64,000 nucleotides of DNA. It comes from an uncultured Candidatus Rokubacteria bacterium. GTDB taxonomy: Bacteria > Methylomirabilota > Methylomirabilia > Rokubacteriales > DASRDR01. The DNA lies in contig CAWGVS010000012.1 of the NCBI GenBank assembly GCA_963826115.1, forward strand, positions 224,001 to 288,000, read 5' to 3'. A model generated the notes under the pieces. The model saw only the letters and a list, made by a program, of their open reading frames with translations, ran no database searches and had not been told where the DNA came from. Of the stretch, positions 58,138 through 64,000 are shown one piece after another; position 1 is the stretch's first letter; every line of letters starts with the position of its first letter. The position numbers were made by a program, and so were the translations under genes.

Positions 58138-58740
58138 TTACTTCTTCTTCGCGGGAGCGGGCGCCTTCGGGGTGGCCGCCGCCGGCATGGCCGCCGCGAG
58201 ATCCTTCGACCACTTCTCGATCGACGCGAGCACGCTCGCCAGCTTCTCCTTGGCCTCGGCCGGCGAGTTCGCCAGCGTGGTCTTCGCCGCCGCGAGCGAT
58301 TCCTTGGCGGCCTTCTCGTCGGCCTCCCAGGCCTTCTTCACGTCCGGCTTCATCTTCTTGGCGGCAGCGTGGGCCTGCTTGTCGAGCCCCGCCCACGCGG
58401 CCTCGGCCGCGGCGATCCCCTTCTCCACCTCGGCCTGCATCGCCGTCTTGCCCGACACGGCAGCCTTGGCCGCGTCGTCGGCGAGGCCCTTGGTGCGCTC
58501 GTACGCCGCCTTGGCCTCTTTGTATTTCTTCTCGCCCATCAGGCTCTCTGCCTGCTTCTGGACGTCGGTCACGGCCTTGTAGGCGGGACCGGCGTACTTG
58601 TCGGCCTCGGCCGACTTCGCCGCGGCGACCGCCGAATCGGCGGCCTTCTTCTCGGCCTCCGGAGGCGAATCGCAGCCTGCCACCAGCAACGCGACACCCG
58701 CGAGCACCGGCACTGCCCACCGCACGCTGAACCGCTTCAT
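58138..58740 (-). CDS. Ala/Lys-rich helical lipoprotein (DUF4398-like)
   Basis: Lipobox LVAGC; A..A...A..AEA.KYA pattern; AGGAG upstream. Confidence 0.75.
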   Translation of the reverse strand: MKRFSVRWAVPVLAGVALLVAGCDSPPEAEKKAADSAVAAAKSAEADKYAGPAYKAVTDVQKQAESLMGEKKYKEAKAAYERTKGLADDAAKAAVSGKTAMQAEVEKGIAAAEAAWAGLDKQAHAAAKKMKPDVKKAWEADEKAAKESLAAAKTTLANSPAEAKEKLASVLASIEKWSKDLAAAMPAAATPKAPAPAKKK

Positions 58741-58856
58741 TTCAGGAGCCCCTCCGTCCCTCGGACGACGTGATGTGTGTAGGATGGATCCAGACTTCCG
58801 ACCGGAAAGCATACGCCAAGTCCGCCCCCCGGTCGACCCGTGCTAGCATCCCCCCG

Positions 58857-59873
58857 ATGCCGCCCTCGAGCCGCCTGGACCGCCTCCGCGACACGGCCCG
58901 CCGGCAGCCCGTCGACCGGCCCCCGTACGCGTTCTGGCGGCGTTTCCCGACCGCCGACCGGTCGCCGGCCGGCCTGGCCCAGGCAACCCTCCGGTTCCAC
59001 GATCGCTACGGATCGGACTTCCTCGCGGTGGCGCCCCCGGCCGGGTACGCGGCCCAGGCCTGGGGGTGCGTGGAAGCCGAGGCGGCGGGGCCCGACGGGA
59101 GCCGCGCCTGCGCCCGGTGCGCCGTGGGCCGGCCCGAGGACTGGCGGCAGATCCGGCCGGTCGATCCCGCGGCGGCCCCGGGCTACGCGGACGTGGTCGA
59201 GACGCTCGTGCGCGTGGGATTCGACCGCCGGATCGGTGACGCGCCCGTCCTCGTGGTCCTGCCCGCCCCGTCCGCCGTCGCGGCCCGCCTGGGCGGTGGC
59301 CGGCTCGGGTTCCATCTCCGCGAGTGGCCGGGCGCCGTGGGCGACGCCCTCCAGGCCATCGCCGAGACGCAGATCCGCTTCGCCGAGCTCTGCCTCGGCG
59401 AAGGCCTCGCGGGGGTGCTCTACGCCGTGGACGCGCCGGACGAGCCCGCGCTCGGCGCCGGGGCTTACGCCGAGCTCCTCGAGCCGCACGACCGCACGGT
59501 CCTGTCGGCCCTCGACGGCCGCGCCACCCTCCGCGTGGTGCAGGCGGCCGGCCCGGTCCCGTTCGCGCGCGTGGCGACCTGGCCCGCCGACGCGGTCGCG
59601 TGGGTCCCCGGTCCCGGCCAGCCGGCCCTGGCCGACGGTCACGCGCGCCTCCGGACGGCCGCGCTGGGGGGGCTCGATGCCCGCGCGCTCCGAGACGAGC
59701 CGCCGTCGCGCGCGGTCGACGCCGCCCGGGCCGCGCTCGCGAGCGTCGGCGAGCAGGGGCTGGTCGTGGGGACGCCCGGACCCATCTGGCCCGATACGCC
59801 GGACGAGGTGCTCGTCGCCGTCATCCGCGCGCTAGGAGGCTCCCCCCGGCCAATCCTCGGCCTCGCCCGCTGA
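58857..59873 (+). CDS. Uroporphyrinogen decarboxylase-like TIM-barrel protein, divergent
   Basis: VDRPP..FW, GSDF, LGGLD, G...PDTP.E. Confidence 0.7.
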   Translation: MPPSSRLDRLRDTARRQPVDRPPYAFWRRFPTADRSPAGLAQATLRFHDRYGSDFLAVAPPAGYAAQAWGCVEAEAAGPDGSRACARCAVGRPEDWRQIRPVDPAAAPGYADVVETLVRVGFDRRIGDAPVLVVLPAPSAVAARLGGGRLGFHLREWPGAVGDALQAIAETQIRFAELCLGEGLAGVLYAVDAPDEPALGAGAYAELLEPHDRTVLSALDGRATLRVVQAAGPVPFARVATWPADAVAWVPGPGQPALADGHARLRTAALGGLDARALRDEPPSRAVDAARAALASVGEQGLVVGTPGPIWPDTPDEVLVAVIRALGGSPRPILGLAR

Positions 59874-60615
59874 CCGCCCGGGCGAGGAGCCGGTCGAGCC
59901 AGTCCGCGCGCTCCATGCGTCGCAGGACGCGCGCGACGTGCGCCTGGTACGCGCGGCTCGGCGAGCCCGGGTGCCACGCGCGCGGGTTCGGGAGGCTGGC
60001 GGCGAGCTGGGCCGCCTCGAGCGGACCGAGGTCCGCGGCGGCCTTCCCGAAGAACCGTCGCGCGGCCGCCTCGGCGCCGTAGATTCCCGGTCCGAACTCC
60101 ACGACGTTCAGGTAGAGATCGAGGATCCGGCGCTTCGAGAGCGCGCGCTCGAGCTGCCACGCGAGGATGGCCTCGCGCACCTTTCGGAGCGGGTTGCGTG
60201 AGGGCGTCAGCCAGAGGTTCTTCGCGAGCTGCTGGGTGATGGTCGACGCGCCGCGCGGGAGCTCCCGCCGCTCGACGGCCCGCTCGAGCGCATCCTCGAC
60301 CTCGTCGAGATCCACGCCGCCGTGGGCGAAGAACTTGATGTCCTCGGCCACGATCACCGCGCGTTTGAGGGGCAGCCCGATGGCGGCGTAGGGGGCCCAG
60401 GTCCACTGGACGCGGTCGTCGCGCCCCGCCGCCCGCTGCTCGGCCCGGTAGCGCTCGATGAACGCCGTGGTCCGCGGCGGCCGGGTGGCCAGGGGGGCGA
60501 CGCGCGGCCACGCCCACGCCTCGTAGGCGACCCACGCGCCGACGGCCAGGAACCCGAGGAGCGCCAGCCGGCGCCCGAGGCGACCCCGCCTCCCTCGTCG
60601 AGCCACGCGCGCCAC
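59821..60615 (-). CDS. mtgA: Monofunctional peptidoglycan transglycosylase (GT51)
   Basis: AED.KFF.HGGVD, RGASTITQQLAKNL, RK..E, YLN..EFG.GIYG.EAAA, LPNP. Confidence 0.92.
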   Translation of the reverse strand: MARVARRGRRGRLGRRLALLGFLAVGAWVAYEAWAWPRVAPLATRPPRTTAFIERYRAEQRAAGRDDRVQWTWAPYAAIGLPLKRAVIVAEDIKFFAHGGVDLDEVEDALERAVERRELPRGASTITQQLAKNLWLTPSRNPLRKVREAILAWQLERALSKRRILDLYLNVVEFGPGIYGAEAAARRFFGKAAADLGPLEAAQLAASLPNPRAWHPGSPSRAYQAHVARVLRRMERADWLDRLLARAVSGRGRGLAGGSLLARG

Positions 60616-60667
60616 GGCGTCCAGTCTAGCTCTTGCGCCCTCCGGGCCGAGCCGTCACCATGACCCG

Positions 60668-62143
60668 GTGAATCGCCGCGTTCTCGGCCAGGCGCGGCTC
60701 GCCTGGCTCGACCGATACATCATCCCGCGCGAGACGCCGGTCGCGCCAAGCCGCTGGCACCAGCACATCGTGCAGCGACGGGTCAGCCGCCTCGATCACC
60801 TCCGGCCCCACCGGCTCAACTGGGAGGCGCTCAAGCATCCCGAGGCCGCGCCGGCGGACGGGGACGACACCCTCACCCCGCGCCGGCTCGCGGGCATCCG
60901 GTGGTCCTGGCTCGACGGGCTCTTCACCACGGTCAGCGAAAACCTCTACCTCGGCTTCATCGTGCTCTACGCGCTCGCGTACGGGGCGAGCACGAGCCAG
61001 CTGGGGCTCCTGGCGGCGGTCCAGAACCTCCTCGGCGCGGTCTCCCTGTTCCCGGGGGCGCGCGCCGCCGACCGGGTGCGTCACCGGAAGCCGCTGGTGA
61101 CGTGGACGGTCGGCGGCTTCGCGCGCGTCGCCCTCCTCGCGCTCGCGCTCGTGCCGTGGCTCACCGACGTGCCCGGGCCGGCGATCTGGCTGATCATCGT
61201 CCTGAACGGCGTCCGCTCGTTCATGTCGAACTTCGGCAATCCTGCGTGGACCGTCCTGGTGGGCGACCTCGTGCCGCCGCGTCTTCGCGCTCTGTACTTC
61301 GGGAACCGGAATCTGATGATCATGCTGGCCGCGCTCCTGGTCGCGCCGCTCGCCGGCTGGCTCATCAAGGCCGGCAACGGATGGCTCGGTCACCCCTACC
61401 TCGGCTACCAGGCGGTCTTCACGCTCGCGTTCCTGACGGGCCTGGCCGGAACGGCCTGCTTCCTCCGCATCCCGGAACCGCACCGGGTGCTGCGGGCTCG
61501 AGTGGTCACCTCGGAGGGCGGTGGCCTCTGGCGAGAGCTCGCGCGTAACCGGGCGTTCGTCGGCCTGGTCGTGAGCGGATTCGTGTGGAACCTCGCGCTC
61601 CAGGTCGCCGCGCCCTTCTTCAACGTCTACCTGGTCCGCCACCTGGGCGCGGGCGTCGGCACCGTGGGCATGCTCGCGGGCGTGAACACCCTCTTCGGCC
61701 TGATCGGCAGCGGCCTCTTCGGGCGCGTGATGGACCGGCTCGGGGCGCTCAAGACGCAGGCCCTGAGCGGCCTCCTCATCCCGGTCATCCCCACCGCGTG
61801 GATCTGGGTCACCGCGCCCTGGCAGGTGGGCGTCCTGGAAGCCTACGCGGGCCTCGTGTGGGCCGGCTACAACCTGGCCAACTTCGCCCTCATCCTCGAG
61901 CTCACGCCGGCCGCCCACCGACCGCAGGCCGTCGCGCTCTACCAGACGGTCGTGTTCGCGAGCGCGGTGGTGGGGCCGCTCCTCGGTGGCTGGCTCGCCG
62001 ACACGTTCGGGTTCCACGTCATCTTCGCCGCGAGCGGCGCCGGCCGGCTGCTCGGGATCCTCCTCTACATCTGGCTCGCCGTCTGGCCGATCCTCGGCGC
62101 GCGCGGCGCGCGGCCGGCGGCGGCGCCGGCCGGGGGCGGGTAG
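60668..62143 (+). CDS. MFS transporter
   Basis: About 12 hydrophobic segments; ADRVRHRK, GRVMDRLG, GPLLGGWLAD..G. Confidence 0.88.
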   Translation: MNRRVLGQARLAWLDRYIIPRETPVAPSRWHQHIVQRRVSRLDHLRPHRLNWEALKHPEAAPADGDDTLTPRRLAGIRWSWLDGLFTTVSENLYLGFIVLYALAYGASTSQLGLLAAVQNLLGAVSLFPGARAADRVRHRKPLVTWTVGGFARVALLALALVPWLTDVPGPAIWLIIVLNGVRSFMSNFGNPAWTVLVGDLVPPRLRALYFGNRNLMIMLAALLVAPLAGWLIKAGNGWLGHPYLGYQAVFTLAFLTGLAGTACFLRIPEPHRVLRARVVTSEGGGLWRELARNRAFVGLVVSGFVWNLALQVAAPFFNVYLVRHLGAGVGTVGMLAGVNTLFGLIGSGLFGRVMDRLGALKTQALSGLLIPVIPTAWIWVTAPWQVGVLEAYAGLVWAGYNLANFALILELTPAAHRPQAVALYQTVVFASAVVGPLLGGWLADTFGFHVIFAASGAGRLLGILLYIWLAVWPILGARGARPAAAPAGGG

Positions 62144-62148
62144 GCGCG

Positions 62149-63789
62149 GTGCTCCTCTCCAACGGGCGCATCTACACCCTCGACGCCGCCGACCGCGTCG
62201 TCGACACGCTGGTCGTCCGCGAGGGCCGCGTGGCCTTCGCCGGCCGTCGCGGGGACATCAACGCGCCCGCCGGGGAAACCGAGATCGATGTCGGCGGGCG
62301 GGCCGTGCTGCCCGGCCTGGTGGACGCCCACGGCCACCTCATGTACCTGGCGCGCCTGCGCCTGACGCTCGACGTCGCGGGGCTCGCCTCGGAAGCCGCG
62401 TGCGCCGCCCGGGTGGTCGAGCGCGCGGCCACCGTCGCGCCGGGCGAGTGGATCGCCGGCCGCGGATGGGACCAGAACCGGTGGCCGGGCGCGCAATATC
62501 CACGCCGGGAGTCGCTCGACCGCGCGGCGCCGGGCCATCCCGTGGCCCTCACGCGCGTCGACGGTCACGCGATCTGGGCGAGCTCGGCGGCCCTCCGGAT
62601 GGCGGGCATCGACCGGCACACGCCGGACCCGCCGGGAGGGCGGCTCGAGCGCGACGCCCACGGCGAGCCGACGGGCGTGCTGATCGACACCGCCCAGGAC
62701 CTCCTGCGGCGCGTGGAGCCGCGCCCCCGCCCGGCGCAGCTCGAGGGCGCCGTGCAGGCGGCGATCGCCGACTGTCTCGCCGTCGGGCTCACCGGCGTCC
62801 ACGAGATGGGCGCCGACCTGGACGCTCTCGCCGCGTATCGCCGGCTCGTCGCGCGCGACGCGTTCCCGTTCCGGAACGCGGTCGCCCTCCGCGGCGCCGA
62901 TCCCGCCGCGTGGCAGGCGGCGCTCGAGGGCGGCCCCGAGCGCCACGGCGACGGCCGGCTGGTCGTGGGGGCCGTGAAGCTGATGGCCGACGGGGCGCTC
63001 GGCTCTCGCGGGGCGGCGCTCCACGCGCCGTACTGCGACGACCCCGAGAATCGCGGGCTCCTCCTGCTGCCGCCGGACGAGCTCGAACGGCGCGCGCGCG
63101 CCGCGGCCGAGCGCGGCTTCCAGGTCTGCGTGCACGCGATCGGCGACCGCGCCAACACGCTCGTCCTGGACGCGCTCGAGGCGGTGCTCCACGGTCGCGC
63201 GAGCGCGGCCGGCGGCCGCCTGGCGGCCGTGCCGGGCCGGGATCCGCGTCACCGGGTCGAGCACGCGCAGATCCTGGCGGAGGCGGACATCCCGAGGTTT
63301 CGCGGGCTCGGCGTCCTGCCGAGCATGCAGCCGACGCACTGCACCTCGGACATGCCCTGGGCCGACGCGCGGCTGGGGGCGGACCGGCTGCCCGGCGCCT
63401 ACGCCTGGCGCTCGCTCCTCCGGACGGGGACGATCATCGCCGGCGGGTCGGACTTCCCGGTGGAGCTCCCGAATCCGTTCCACGGGATCCACGCCGCCGT
63501 CACGCGACGCCCGCGGTCGGGCCCGGATCCCGGGTGGCAGCCCGAGCAACGCATGACCCGGGCGGAGGCGGTCCGCGCGTTCACCGCCTGGAACGCGTAC
63601 GCCGCGCACCAGGAGGCCCTCCTCGGCACGCTCGTGCCGGGGAAGTGGGCGGACCTGGTCGTCTGCTCGGCGGACGTCTTCACGTGCCCGGAGATGGAGA
63701 TCGAGGCGATCGAGCCGGTCCTGACGCTGGTCGCGGGCGAGATCGCCCTCGACCGGCGCGGCGAGATTGGCGGAAGCCGAAGCGGCTGA
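62149..63789 (+). CDS. Amidohydrolase (YtcJ-like, Amidohydro_3)
   Basis: NGRIYT, PGLVDAHGH, DGH, KLMADGALGSRGA, HAIGDRAN, RVEHAQ, GSDFP, GKWADLV. Confidence 0.92.
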   Translation: MLLSNGRIYTLDAADRVVDTLVVREGRVAFAGRRGDINAPAGETEIDVGGRAVLPGLVDAHGHLMYLARLRLTLDVAGLASEAACAARVVERAATVAPGEWIAGRGWDQNRWPGAQYPRRESLDRAAPGHPVALTRVDGHAIWASSAALRMAGIDRHTPDPPGGRLERDAHGEPTGVLIDTAQDLLRRVEPRPRPAQLEGAVQAAIADCLAVGLTGVHEMGADLDALAAYRRLVARDAFPFRNAVALRGADPAAWQAALEGGPERHGDGRLVVGAVKLMADGALGSRGAALHAPYCDDPENRGLLLLPPDELERRARAAAERGFQVCVHAIGDRANTLVLDALEAVLHGRASAAGGRLAAVPGRDPRHRVEHAQILAEADIPRFRGLGVLPSMQPTHCTSDMPWADARLGADRLPGAYAWRSLLRTGTIIAGGSDFPVELPNPFHGIHAAVTRRPRSGPDPGWQPEQRMTRAEAVRAFTAWNAYAAHQEALLGTLVPGKWADLVVCSADVFTCPEMEIEAIEPVLTLVAGEIALDRRGEIGGSRSG

Positions 63790-64000
63790 AGGGGCCGCTC
63801 CCGCCCATCCGGGGCGGCCGGCCGATCAGTCCCGGATGGGCATCCCGCGGTCGTCGAGCTGGGGCGGGCCCGCCCACCCCCGGAGGCCGCGCCCGCTGCC
63901 GGCGCCGGGCCTCCTCGATGGCCATCCGGGCCTCGTTGCGGCGGGACCGCCGACCGGGCCGCTCTTCGACCACGGTCGGCGGGGCCGCGCTGAGGGTCGG

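Noticed and set aside
58138-58740. Repetitive-looking GCC/CTT-rich DNA
   Set aside because: Explained by Ala/Lys codons in a helical lipoprotein; not a DNA repeat array.
58857-59873. Calling this gene hemE
   Set aside because: The RQAGR signature is missing.
63680-64000. Minus-strand ORF at the window end
   Set aside because: Possibly the tail of a gene starting beyond the window, but frame and identity cannot be supported.
1-64000. CRISPR arrays, tRNA/rRNA, IS elements, prophage, defence systems
   Set aside because: No regularly spaced repeats, RNA-gene signatures, transposase/integrase motifs or phage structural genes seen by eye; short ncRNAs cannot be excluded without an Infernal search.

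Overview
Very GC-rich, gene-dense bacterial chromosome segment with about 58 CDS or CDS remnants. I saw no rRNA, tRNA, CRISPR array, integrase or transposase. The gene content (several Liv-type and family-5 ABC binding proteins, TauD/PhyH dioxygenases, an outer-membrane porin) resembles a soil diderm such as Candidatus Rokubacteria; this is inference only. Main blocks: (1) 1-7 kb, accessory region with an S8 protease end, an orphan ORF, a decaying acyl-CoA-ligase-like/methyltransferase/glycosyltransferase operon and a eukaryote-like FMO; (2) atypical transketolase, class IV aminotransferase and FAD monooxygenase; (3) 12.7-19.5 kb, putative sulfated-glycan operon (heparinase II/III-like protein, 2 GT4, 2 sulfotransferases); (4) TauD, LarA, octaheme-HEAT-TPR lipoprotein, IMPase, CVNH lectin, enolase-superfamily enzyme, signal-less NMT1-like protein, flavin halogenase, secernin-like peptidase; (5) two Liv ABC operons, one decaying; (6) a one-gene Cache-HAMP-PP2C-anti-sigma-STAS partner-switch fusion; (7) 48.8-55.85 kb, iron-uptake-type operon (LbtU-like porin, imelysin, DHOR, imelysin, DUF1513). 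The strongest novel-system candidate is block 7: it is headed by a phage Mu Com-like zinc-ribbon gene, has an operator palindrome in its promoter, and has a structured porin translation-initiation region. Family calls come from motif recognition by eye, not from database searches.
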